Shown here: positions 1 through 8,245 of the stretch, one piece after another
Numbering within the stretch: the stretch's first letter is position 1
Layout: every line of letters begins with the position of its first letter
NCBI GenBank assembly: GCA_964626095.1
Contig: CAZVFM010000001.1
Location: forward strand, 6,778-46,055
Direction of reading: 5' to 3'
Length of the DNA stretch: 39,278 nt
Source: an uncultured Roseivirgaceae bacterium
GTDB lineage: Bacteria > Bacteroidota > Bacteroidia > Cytophagales > Cyclobacteriaceae
Made by a program: the position numbers and the translations under genes
Notes under the pieces: model-generated
The model's input: only the letters and a program-made list of their open reading frames with translations
Told to the model about the DNA's origin: nothing
The model's database searches: none

Positions 1-423
1 AGTAACCAGTCGATTGATTTCTTCTGGCATCTCCATATCAAAAGAACGAATACCTGCCTCTACATGTGCAACTTTGGTATTTAGTTTTTTGGCCACAATG
101 CTGCAGGCCATGGTTGAGTTTACATCTCCAACTACCATAACCAGGTCGCAGGGATGGGCCATCAACTCTTTTTCGAAGGCCATCATTATTTTTCCGGTTT
201 GCTCAGCTTGTGTGCCAGAACCTACTTCCAGATTAACATCCGGTAAGGGGATCCCCAACTCTTCAAAAAATACTTCACTTAATTTTTTATCATAATGCTG
301 ACCGGTATGAACCAACCTGTACGAAATATTTTGACCTTCAGACTTTGCTTTTTCCATTGCCTTGATTATCGGGGCAATCTTCATGAAGTTAGGACGGGCA
401 CCAGCAATAAGTGTGACTTTCAT
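1..423 (-). CDS. wecB: UDP-N-acetylglucosamine 2-epimerase (non-hydrolysing), N-terminal 141 codons; the gene runs off the left window edge
   Basis: Absent from the ORF track because there is no stop in the window. My own minus-strand translation from ATG 423-421 gives MKVTLIAGARPNFMKIAPIIKAMEKAKSEG...LVHTGQHYDKKLSEVFFEELGIP...VMVVGDVNSTMACSIVAKKLNTKVAHVEAGIRSFDMEMPEEINRLVT. It stays open in frame to position 1. The HTGQHYD and HVEAGxRSFDxxMPEEINR blocks are epimerase_2 family signatures. Confidence 0.9.
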   Translation of the reverse strand, partial: MKVTLIAGARPNFMKIAPIIKAMEKAKSEGQNISYRLVHTGQHYDKKLSEVFFEELGIPLPDVNLEVGSGTQAEQTGKIMMAFEKELMAHPCDLVMVVGDVNSTMACSIVAKKLNTKVAHVEAGIRSFDMEMPEEINRLVT

Positions 424-426
424 TTA

Positions 427-1614
427 TTAATTAATTTTTGAATAAAGCGTTGCAAGTTCATGCATTGATGCGGAATAATCAAATTCATTTTCTAATGCCC
501 GTTTACCTGCTTCACCAAATTTCTGCGCCATGTTTTTATCCTGGTAGATGGCATAAATACAATCAGCCAGTGATTGGGCATTTGCTGCTTCATGTACTAA
601 TCCACATTTCGCTTTGTTGATAACATCCGCTTGCGCTGTACAATCACTTACTACCAAGGGTTTGCCCAAGGCCATGTACTGAAAAATTTTATTGGCATAA
701 GTTGTATCGTGATGTTTGTTTCGCTTTAGAGGTGAAATGCAAACATCAGCACCAGAAATGTAAGAAGGGAAAAGCGATAAATCCTGCCAGCCCTTAAACA
801 CGACCTTGTCAGTCACTTTAAGTTTTACAGCTATTTTTTGAAGCAAATCATCTTCGGTGCTTTTGCCTACTATCCACAATTTCAGATTAGGTATTTTTTC
901 TTTCAACAAAAAAATAGCTTCAACTGCAGTATCCGTACCTCTGCGAGTAGCGGTATCTCCCAGGTATAAAAGATTAAAAGTACCTTGCATTTCATCCAGA
1001 ATACTCTGCCAGATGGTATGTGCCAAAAAAATATCTCTATTCACAATATTGGGCGCAACAAAAATTTGATCAGCCGGTTTGAGATTTCTTTTCAGGATTT
1101 CATCTTTGGCATATTGTGTTACCACCAATACATGATCAGCTTGTTTTATTAACTGATCTTGCGCCTGCTTCCATTTTTGTAAGTTAATGAGCCACTTGCC
1201 CGGAAAAGTATTTACATGCTTATAAAATTTCATGATCTCAGGGCGGTCTTCATGTAAATCAAGTATAAGTGGAAGCTTGTACTTTTTGTTCACCTGGATC
1301 ACCGCTTTAGCCATCACCATATCGTGAACATGCAAGACCTCTACACCAGAATCATCAATAAATTTTGCGATTTGTTTTTGAATAAGCTGGTGATAAAAAG
1401 GCCAATCATAAGCCAGGGCAGAAAGTTTATACACCAGCTTGCTTGCCGGGTAACGGTAAATTTTCATTTGCCTGATTTCTTCTCTTTCAGCTAATTTTTT
1501 ATAGTTAATATTAAAGAGATGAACCTCATGACCTTGTTTCATCAGGAAGGATGCTTCATTGTCTATCCTCGCATCAGGTGGATAGGTAGTCTCAAGCAGC
1601 ATCCCGATTTTCAT
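427..1614 (-). CDS. Glycosyltransferase, GT-B fold (family 4-like)
   Basis: 395-aa ORF. The N-terminal half is typical of the GT4 N-domain (MKIGMLLETTYPPDARI..., HVHDMVMA). The C-terminal half has the GT-B donor-binding region (ADVCISPLK...TTYANKIFQYMALGKPLVVSD). Its stop lies 3 nt upstream of the wecB start, so the two are probably co-transcribed. Confidence 0.8.
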   Translation of the reverse strand: MKIGMLLETTYPPDARIDNEASFLMKQGHEVHLFNINYKKLAEREEIRQMKIYRYPASKLVYKLSALAYDWPFYHQLIQKQIAKFIDDSGVEVLHVHDMVMAKAVIQVNKKYKLPLILDLHEDRPEIMKFYKHVNTFPGKWLINLQKWKQAQDQLIKQADHVLVVTQYAKDEILKRNLKPADQIFVAPNIVNRDIFLAHTIWQSILDEMQGTFNLLYLGDTATRRGTDTAVEAIFLLKEKIPNLKLWIVGKSTEDDLLQKIAVKLKVTDKVVFKGWQDLSLFPSYISGADVCISPLKRNKHHDTTYANKIFQYMALGKPLVVSDCTAQADVINKAKCGLVHEAANAQSLADCIYAIYQDKNMAQKFGEAGKRALENEFDYSASMHELATLYSKIN

Positions 1615-1661
1615 CTTTCAACAGGAATAGTTGTATAATTGAATTCAAAATTTTAATTGTT

Positions 1662-1721
1662 CTTCGTGTCTTTGTGTCTTTTGGCAAAAAATAAGAGCCA
1701 CAAAGGCACAAAGGCACAAAG
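1662..1721 (+). repeat. Long imperfect inverted repeat (about 24-bp stem, 11-nt A-rich loop) built from tandem 8-mers
   Basis: The left arm 1662-1685 (cttcgtgtctttgtgtcttttggc) pairs with the right arm 1697-1721 (gccacaaaggcacaaaggcacaaag). Hand pairing gives one bulge (c1701), one mismatch (c1665/a1718) and two positions that are G-U in a plus-strand RNA but C-A in a minus-strand RNA. The right arm is CACAAAGG repeated about 3 times and the left arm is GTGTCTTT repeated about 2.5 times. It sits in the 191-bp divergent intergenic region. Confidence 0.7.
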
Positions 1722-1805
1722 TTGTAATGCAAAAATAGATATCACTTGTATCATTCAACCTAAGGTGATTGAATTAACTTTAAGCCACGAATATAGACCA
1801 ATTCA

Positions 1806-2510
1806 ATGAGAACTGCTTTTCAAAAAGCCTACAACATAGCTTCGCGCTCGCTTTATGTAAAGCATAATTATAAGAGAGCAAAAACTATAAGCCTGCCGTA
1901 CCTACGTCACAGGATTATGCGTCCGATGCTTAAAGTCTACAACCAACTCCTAAAACTTAATACTCCCAAAGCTCCCTGGATGAGCCCGGCATCGATTCAT
2001 GTTTTTAAAAGTATCTTAACTAAAGAAATGCAGGGTTTTGAATATGGTAGCGGCAACAGCACCATATTCTTTGCTTTACTATGTAAAAAACTGGTAAGCA
2101 TAGAACATCATCAGGGATGGTACAAAAAAGTGAAGAATGACCTTGAGCACCAAGCTCACGCAAATATTGATTATCATCTGGTTAAGGCATACGATGCGCC
2201 TGGTGAAACGATTGAATATCTTAAACAAAGCATACCTCATCTCAAGGTGCTAAAGGAATATCATGCTTACTTTAGTTTTATCGATCGCTATGAAAATGCT
2301 TACTTTGACTTTGTGATTGTGGATGGAAGGGCAAGACCTGAATGTATATGGCACAGCATGCCCAAAGTAAAGCCGGGTGGTTTTATTGTGCTCGATAATG
2401 CTGAGCGCAATCGCTACAAACCGGTACATGAGTTATTAAAAAATTGGAAAAAAGTGTATACAACCACTGGCCTAACCGATACTATATTTTGGTTCAAACC
2501 CAATGAGTAA
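1806..2510 (+). CDS. Putative class I SAM-dependent methyltransferase-like protein of the polysaccharide cluster (start uncertain)
   Basis: 234-aa ORF. FEYGSGNSTIFFA resembles the glycine-rich SAM motif I (E/DxGxGxG-like). FDFVIVDGRARPECIWHSMPKVKPGGFIVLDNAER resembles the post-motif II/III region of Methyltransf_24/CmcI-like enzymes. It overlaps the flippase gene by 8 nt. The first ~40 residues are basic and may not be translated (alternative Met at codons 38 and 41). Confidence 0.5.
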   Translation: MRTAFQKAYNIASRSLYVKHNYKRAKTISLPYLRHRIMRPMLKVYNQLLKLNTPKAPWMSPASIHVFKSILTKEMQGFEYGSGNSTIFFALLCKKLVSIEHHQGWYKKVKNDLEHQAHANIDYHLVKAYDAPGETIEYLKQSIPHLKVLKEYHAYFSFIDRYENAYFDFVIVDGRARPECIWHSMPKVKPGGFIVLDNAERNRYKPVHELLKNWKKVYTTTGLTDTIFWFKPNE

Positions 2511-3996
2511 AGCAGTTAATCAAAGCATTTATACTACCATCATCTCCTATTTTGGTGTAGGCCTGGGTTATATCAATTTGCTTTACCTCTACCCTGCTTT
2601 TCTGCAAGCCGAACAAATTGGCTTGCTGCGCACCATACAAGATGCCGCCATTCTACTTGTGCCTTTCGCCCAACTGGGACTTTCACAAAGTACCATGCGT
2701 TTTTTTCCGCATATCGTGAAAGACAAACACAGTGCAGGTGGTTTTCTTGGTTTGCTACTGTTACTCTCTTTACTTGCCTTCGCCATTTTTCTGCTGATTT
2801 TCCTGCCGGGCAAGGGTTTTATCATGGGGTATTTTGAGGATAACGCTTCATTAGTTACCGCCTACACCTACTTCATACTCTGGCTTACTTTTATTTTATT
2901 GGTCACCTCCGTACTTGAAGCTTACAGTCGCTCCCTGCTAAAAATTGTAGTACCCAACCTCATCCGGGAATTACTGACACGCGTTTTCCTTGCACTTAGC
3001 ATTTTAGTTTATGCGTTGGGTTGGGTTGACTTCCATACCTTTCTTTTAGTGACCATAAGCTTTTATGGTCTTAGCTTACTTATTCTTACGTTCTATTTAT
3101 TGTTTACGGGTGACTTCAAGCCTAATTTTGACTTTGCTTTTCTGGATAAGAAACGCGCAAGTGATCTTACCAAATTTTCTTTACTCACCCTCGTAGGTAC
3201 TGGCGGGTATATTTTAGTGGGTAAAGTTGACAGCCTGATGATCTCCGGTATGCTGGGTTTGGCAGAAAATGCCATTTACACAACAGCCTTTTATGTGGCC
3301 GCAGTAATTGAAATCCCCAGGCGCGCCATTGGCCAGGTTGTGATGCCGCTGATTTCACGTGCATTCGAAAAAAATAATATAACTGAGATCAACAGCATAT
3401 ACAAAAAGGCTGCACTCAACCAATTCATCGTTGGTGCGCTCTTGTTCATTGGGCTTTGGGCCAACCTTGACAATATTTTTCGGATGATGCCTAACGGAGA
3501 AATCTATGCGACTGGTAAATATGTAATCCTGATTATTGGTGTAGGCAAATTGACCGATATGCTTTTCGGTCCTAGTTCGGAGATCATTGTGCTCTCCAAA
3601 TACTATAAATTCAATATAGTGCTCACCGCAATACTTGCTGTGCTTGTGATTCTCGGCAATCAATTGCTTATTCCCATACTCGGCATTAACGGGGCAGCTA
3701 TCAGTTCGGCATTGGCTTTGATACTTTTCAATTTCTTGAAATACTTCTACATCTATAAAAAATTTAACATGCAGGCTTTAAGCCCGGGCATGATCTGGGT
3801 ATGTTGGTTAGCCGGTCTTTCGCTTTTTGTTGGATTGATCTTGCCCTATCTAGGCAATGTTTACGTTGACATCATTATCCGCTCTGCGCTCATCACCATC
3901 ATTTTTGGTGGAGGAATCGTTTTAAGCAAAGTTTCTGATGAAATTACCGCCATCATTAGAAAAATAATATTGAAGTTGCGAGGCAATGAAGAATAA
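2503..3996 (+). CDS. Polysaccharide/O-antigen flippase, MOP superfamily (Wzx-like)
   Basis: 497-aa protein that is highly hydrophobic throughout, with roughly 12-14 predicted membrane spans. Its size and its context among sugar-modifying genes are typical of Wzx/polysaccharide biosynthesis proteins. Confidence 0.8.
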   Translation: MSKAVNQSIYTTIISYFGVGLGYINLLYLYPAFLQAEQIGLLRTIQDAAILLVPFAQLGLSQSTMRFFPHIVKDKHSAGGFLGLLLLLSLLAFAIFLLIFLPGKGFIMGYFEDNASLVTAYTYFILWLTFILLVTSVLEAYSRSLLKIVVPNLIRELLTRVFLALSILVYALGWVDFHTFLLVTISFYGLSLLILTFYLLFTGDFKPNFDFAFLDKKRASDLTKFSLLTLVGTGGYILVGKVDSLMISGMLGLAENAIYTTAFYVAAVIEIPRRAIGQVVMPLISRAFEKNNITEINSIYKKAALNQFIVGALLFIGLWANLDNIFRMMPNGEIYATGKYVILIIGVGKLTDMLFGPSSEIIVLSKYYKFNIVLTAILAVLVILGNQLLIPILGINGAAISSALALILFNFLKYFYIYKKFNMQALSPGMIWVCWLAGLSLFVGLILPYLGNVYVDIIIRSALITIIFGGGIVLSKVSDEITAIIRKIILKLRGNEE

Positions 3997-4046
3997 ACAA
4001 TCTTGAATAATTCAGGTTTATTTTATTGTAATAAAGAAGGGTTGAT

Positions 4047-4490
4047 ATGACACGGCATCTATTTTGTTACTATCTGTTTGTTTCCCTGAGCTTGCAAAGC
4101 ACAGCATTTGCTCAAAACGCTCAACAACAAAAAGAAGAAAATGTCTTTAGCAGTAATGGCATACCAATTTTCGGTAAACCCATCGATAGGCAAACACGCT
4201 GTGTACACTGGCATTCTCCACTGGATATCATTGCCATTAAATTCAAATGCTGCAATAAATATTATCCCTGTTATTCCTGTCATGAAGAAACGGCTGAGCA
4301 TCAAGCTGAAGTTTGGCCGAAAAGTGAATTTGACACCGAAGCCATTTTGTGTGGTGTTTGTGGTAATGAGTTAAGTATAAGAGACTATATGGGCTGCAAT
4401 AATATCTGCCCCAATTGTAACTCAGGTTTTAATCCGGGATGTAGTAAACATTACCATTTGTATTTTGAAATTGATAAAAAGCCGGAGTAG
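4047..4490 (+). CDS. CHY-type zinc-finger protein with an N-terminal Sec-type signal peptide
   Basis: 147 aa. The N-terminus MTRHLFCYYLFVSLSLQSTAFA/QN has n-, h- and c-regions and an AxA-like cleavage site. The core RCVHWHSPLDIIAIKFKCCNKYYPCYSCHEETAEHQ...CGVCGNE...CPNCNSGFNPGCSKHYHLYF matches the Cys/His spacing of the zf-CHY family. Confidence 0.75.
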   Translation: MTRHLFCYYLFVSLSLQSTAFAQNAQQQKEENVFSSNGIPIFGKPIDRQTRCVHWHSPLDIIAIKFKCCNKYYPCYSCHEETAEHQAEVWPKSEFDTEAILCGVCGNELSIRDYMGCNNICPNCNSGFNPGCSKHYHLYFEIDKKPE

Positions 4491-4539
4491 TAAGGATACT
4501 TATTATATGCACTAAGCTGTTCTACTTAAAACTTACCTT

Positions 4540-5628
4540 TTAAAAAAAACTCCTGACTCCCGCAACCACCTTTTCTATTTCATCTTCCCGCAACTCCGGA
4601 AAAATAGGCAAAGACAACAACTCCTTACTAGCATTAACTGCCTCCACGCAATCATTTGCATAAGAATAAAAAGGCATAGCACTCAACGCATGTGGGTAAT
4701 GCACGGCTGTTTCTACTCCTTGCTGAGCTAAATGCATACGAAGCTCATCTCTCTTATCTGTACGTATGGCATAAATATGATATACATGCTCATTGCCATT
4801 TGTTTCTATCGGCAATTGAATAGGTAAATTTTTAAAAGCTTCATTATAGCTATGTGCTATCTGCCTCCTGCGTTGATTAAAAGAATTCAGGTGTTTCAGT
4901 TTAAAAGATAAAACTGCCGCCTGCAAAACATCCAGGCGACTATTACGACCAGGAAATTCATGTTTGTCTTTGTGAGGTTGTCCATGGTTGGCCATTTGCC
5001 TAAGACGCATTGCTAAACTATCATTATTGGTAACCATGCAACCGGCATCACCTAGTGCACCCAAATTTTTGCTGGGGTAAAAACTAAAGGCAGCCGCATC
5101 TGATAAAGTACCTGCGCATTTATTATTTCTTTTTGCTCCATGCGCCTGCGCACAATCTTCAATTAAATAAAGTTGATAAGTGTTTGCAATTTCTCTAAGC
5201 GCCTCCATGTCGGCACATTGTCCGTACAGGTGTACCGCAATTATCGCTTTGCTGCGACTGTTGATTTTTTGTTTTACATGATCCGGCTTGAGGGTATAGG
5301 TATACGGATCGACATCTGAAAATACAGGTTTGGCACCCATCATGTTTACTGCTGCTGCATCCGATATCCAGGTGAGTGCAGGAACAATTACCTCATCACC
5401 AGGAGTAATACCCAGGCATCGTAAAATAATTTCGAGGCCATCGGTACAATTGCCACAACCAACAACATGCCTTGCGCCTATGTAATCAGCAAATTGGTTT
5501 TCAAATTCAGTCACCCGGCTGCCGCCAATGAACCAGCCCTCGTGCAGACAATCGTGGATAGCCTGATCAATCTCAGTTTTCAATGCCTGATATTGTCTGG
5601 AGAGGTCGTTAAAAGGTACTATGCTCAT
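4540..5628 (-). CDS. DegT/DnrJ/EryC1/StrS-family PLP-dependent sugar aminotransferase
   Basis: 362 aa. Family-typical blocks are present: FENQFADYIGARHVVGCGNCTDGLEI, EDCAQAHGA, and FSFYPSKNLGALGDAG with the PLP-binding lysine. Its start overlaps the stop of the upstream glycosyltransferase (ATGA on the minus strand at 5625-5628). Confidence 0.9.
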   Translation of the reverse strand: MSIVPFNDLSRQYQALKTEIDQAIHDCLHEGWFIGGSRVTEFENQFADYIGARHVVGCGNCTDGLEIILRCLGITPGDEVIVPALTWISDAAAVNMMGAKPVFSDVDPYTYTLKPDHVKQKINSRSKAIIAVHLYGQCADMEALREIANTYQLYLIEDCAQAHGAKRNNKCAGTLSDAAAFSFYPSKNLGALGDAGCMVTNNDSLAMRLRQMANHGQPHKDKHEFPGRNSRLDVLQAAVLSFKLKHLNSFNQRRRQIAHSYNEAFKNLPIQLPIETNGNEHVYHIYAIRTDKRDELRMHLAQQGVETAVHYPHALSAMPFYSYANDCVEAVNASKELLSLPIFPELREDEIEKVVAGVRSFF

Positions 5629-6923
5629 GCTTCAAGCAAATTAACTAATTGTTGGGTAAGATGCTTGCGGGTATAGGCCTGTACGTTTGTTTGCAATTTT
5701 TGTTCGCCCGACTTCCAAAGCTGAAATTGCTTCACAACAAATGTTTGCATTCCTTCAACATCTGCTGCGCCAAATACTTTTCCTGCACCAGACTCATTTA
5801 AGATTTTTGCTGTATCACCCTCTGGCTCTCCCAAGCCCAACACAGGGCAATTTGAAGCCATGTATTCAAACAATTTCCCTGGAATATTTCCGGCTGCCAA
5901 TTGCTGAGAGGCAAGCACCAACAACAACATGGATGTGCTTCCATACAAAGCAGTAACTTCTTTGTGTGGAATTAATGGAAGAAATGCGCAATACTTACCC
6001 AACACTTCATCACTAACGACTTCTTGTTTTAAACTGGTATTAACCGTACCGATGAATTCAATACTTAATGTGTTTGATATTTCTTTGGACTCATTTTTTC
6101 TAAGCAACTCTTTCAATGCAAACAAGAATGGCCTTGGATCGCGCAAAGCATCTACTCCCCCAAGATGGCGGATAATAAATTTATCGGTTCTTGTTTTTTC
6201 AACGGTTTTGAAATCATCGGTATCGTAGCCGTTAGTTATCAACGTAACTCTTCGCGCACCTAAAAATTTAAATCTTTGAACATAGGTTGGTGTCACCGTT
6301 ATCACCCGGTCAGCAGTTCGTAGCACTTGTTTCTCTAAACTTCTGTGTCGGCTCAACGCAAAGCCTTTTATGCCCAGGGAGGGAAGTAAATCCCACTCGC
6401 TCCAGGGATCGCGGAAATCAGCAATCCAGTTAAGGGCAGGTTGTTGTTTTTTAAGTTTCAATCCAATCAAGTGCATGCTGTGTGGCGGACCACTGGTAAT
6501 GATGTGCTTGATTTGATTTGACGCGATAATTTCTTTTAAAATTTTTACTGAGGGTTTTATCCAGAACACACGTGGATCGGGAATGAAAAAATTAGCGCGT
6601 ACCCAACCGGCAATTTTTCCCAAACAACCTTGCTTAGCGGTATTGGCCATATCGAGCGGGTTGTTTTGCTGTTGTTGTCCTGAAATTTTTTGCCACCAAT
6701 TGTATGGCTCCCATATCGGCAACTTAATTACATCTATAGCCGGGCTGATATCTTTAAATAAGGATTCGTCTTTTATCTGGTAAGAAGGATTTTCAGGCGT
6801 GAAAACCACCGGTTCCCACCCAAACCCGGGCAGGTACTTGGCAAATTTAAGCCAACGCTGTACCCCACTGCCTCCGCTAGGCGGCCAGTAGTAGGTAATG
6901 ATTAAGACTTTCTTATTTGCCAT
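5625..6923 (-). CDS. Glycosyltransferase (GT-B, family 4-like)
   Basis: 432 aa. The N-terminus KVLIITYYWPPSGGSGVQRW is characteristic of a Bacteroidota GT4-like subfamily. The C-terminal region GNIPGKLFEYMASNCPVLGLGE is the donor-binding E-x7-E-like region. Confidence 0.7.
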   Translation of the reverse strand: MANKKVLIITYYWPPSGGSGVQRWLKFAKYLPGFGWEPVVFTPENPSYQIKDESLFKDISPAIDVIKLPIWEPYNWWQKISGQQQQNNPLDMANTAKQGCLGKIAGWVRANFFIPDPRVFWIKPSVKILKEIIASNQIKHIITSGPPHSMHLIGLKLKKQQPALNWIADFRDPWSEWDLLPSLGIKGFALSRHRSLEKQVLRTADRVITVTPTYVQRFKFLGARRVTLITNGYDTDDFKTVEKTRTDKFIIRHLGGVDALRDPRPFLFALKELLRKNESKEISNTLSIEFIGTVNTSLKQEVVSDEVLGKYCAFLPLIPHKEVTALYGSTSMLLLVLASQQLAAGNIPGKLFEYMASNCPVLGLGEPEGDTAKILNESGAGKVFGAADVEGMQTFVVKQFQLWKSGEQKLQTNVQAYTRKHLTQQLVNLLEA

Positions 6924-6979
6924 TAATAAAATGGATAATGTAAAACGAATAGTTGATAACGATAAAGCAAAACAAGCAA

Positions 6980-7921
6980 TTATTCATTATCCTTTATCAT
7001 TGTCAAAATTTCTTCTATTTGCTTGGGTTTAAACCATGTAATTTCTTCATCCCGTTTAAACCAAGTCATCTGCCGCTTGGCATATCTTCTTGAGTTCCGT
7101 TTAAGCAATCTGATGGCTTCATTACGGTCATATATGCCTTCTATAAAATCAAAAATCTCTTTGTATCCAACTGTCTGCAAGGCATTTTTTTCTTTGAATG
7201 GAAATAATGTCTTTGCTTCGTCAAACAAACCATTGGCAATCATTTCATCCATACGCGCATCTATGCGATTGTAAAGATCATCACGCTCAAGTTCAAGTCC
7301 TATCTTCACTATCCTGCAATTGAGTGGGCTCTTTTTCCCCGACCTTAATGCCGAATAGGTTTTTCCACTTGTCATACACACCTCAATAGCCCTCATCAGT
7401 CGTTGGGGGTTTTGTCTATCTACCACCGCATAATAATCCGGGTCCAGTTTCATTACTTCTTGCTGCAACCAGGCCAAACCTTTTTTGCGATAATTATTTA
7501 CAATTTCTGTTCTAAACGGCTCTGTTCCTCCCGGTAATTCATCAAAACCATCCAGCAAGGCATTGATGTACAAGCCCGATCCACCGCATAGTATGGCAAA
7601 ATCTTTCCTGGAAAAAATTTCATCCAGAATTTTAAGTGCATCCTTTCGGAAATTGCCCGCATCATATTCTTCACTAATTGAAAGAAAGCCCAACATATGG
7701 TGAGGTACTCCCTGAAGTTCAGACCCATCGGGTCGGGCGGTTCCAATTTTCATCTCTCTGTAAATCTGGCGAGAATCCGCTGAAATTACCTCGGCATTAA
7801 GTGCTTGGGCAAGCGAAATGGCCAGCGTGGTCTTGCCTGATGCCGTTGGCCCTACCAACACAATCAAGGTTTTTTGCTTAGTCCCATTTTTTAAGAGATG
7901 TGCATCAGAAATATTCATCAT
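6980..7921 (-). CDS. miaA: tRNA dimethylallyltransferase
   Basis: 313 aa with the P-loop GPTASGKT, SADSRQIYREMKIGTARP, and YAKRQMTWFK at the C-terminus. There are tandem ATG codons at 7921 and 7918. Confidence 0.95.
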   Translation of the reverse strand: MMNISDAHLLKNGTKQKTLIVLVGPTASGKTTLAISLAQALNAEVISADSRQIYREMKIGTARPDGSELQGVPHHMLGFLSISEEYDAGNFRKDALKILDEIFSRKDFAILCGGSGLYINALLDGFDELPGGTEPFRTEIVNNYRKKGLAWLQQEVMKLDPDYYAVVDRQNPQRLMRAIEVCMTSGKTYSALRSGKKSPLNCRIVKIGLELERDDLYNRIDARMDEMIANGLFDEAKTLFPFKEKNALQTVGYKEIFDFIEGIYDRNEAIRLLKRNSRRYAKRQMTWFKRDEEITWFKPKQIEEILTMIKDNE

Positions 7922-7922
7922 C

Positions 7923-7930
7923 CAAAGCTA
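7923..7930 (-). promoter_or_regulatory. Candidate Bacteroidota -7 promoter box for miaA
   Basis: The minus strand reads TAGCTTTG, a perfect TAnnTTTG match. It is followed by 1 nt and then ATGATG. Confidence 0.45.
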
Positions 7931-7972
7931 ATGATTATCTTGCAGCGAGAGACGGAATTATACGTAAAGCAA

Positions 7973-8245
7973 ATGATCAAATATACTAACCACTACCTGA
8001 GTAAACTTGAAGATGTAATTGCAGAATCGGACCATATACTGCGCTATGAAAAAGGAAATTTTAAACCGGGATGGTGCCTGCTTAGGGAAAGCAAAATCAT
8101 TATAGTGAATAAATTCTATACCATGGAAGGTAAAATCACTTGCCTGGTAGAGATACTTCGCACGGTACAGTTAGACACCTCCAAAATGAACGAAAAGAAC
8201 CTGGAGGTTTATCAGGAACTCAATCAAACCGAAACAGCCGCTTGA
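7973..8245 (+). CDS. Small conserved-looking hypothetical protein (90 aa)
   Basis: The ORF-track entry 7898-8245 starts inside miaA. I prefer the internal ATG at 7973 (MIKYTNHYLSKLEDVI...), which clears miaA. I recognise no motif. Its stop TGA (8243-8245) overlaps the TTG start of the next gene. Confidence 0.5.
   Translation: MIKYTNHYLSKLEDVIAESDHILRYEKGNFKPGWCLLRESKIIIVNKFYTMEGKITCLVEILRTVQLDTSKMNEKNLEVYQELNQTETAA

Noticed and set aside
14-295. 93-aa plus-strand ORF at the left edge
   Set aside because: It lies entirely antisense to a much better-supported minus-strand reading frame, the WecB epimerase N-terminus with canonical motifs. It is a shadow ORF.
8140-8241. 34-codon N-terminal extension of the MBL hydrolase (track TTG start at 8140)
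   Set aside because: It overlaps the upstream 90-aa ORF out of frame and encodes a non-conserved-looking, Arg/Gly/Ser-rich peptide. TTG at 8242 gives the family-typical MTVTFLGTGTS N-terminus and a TTGA coupling junction.
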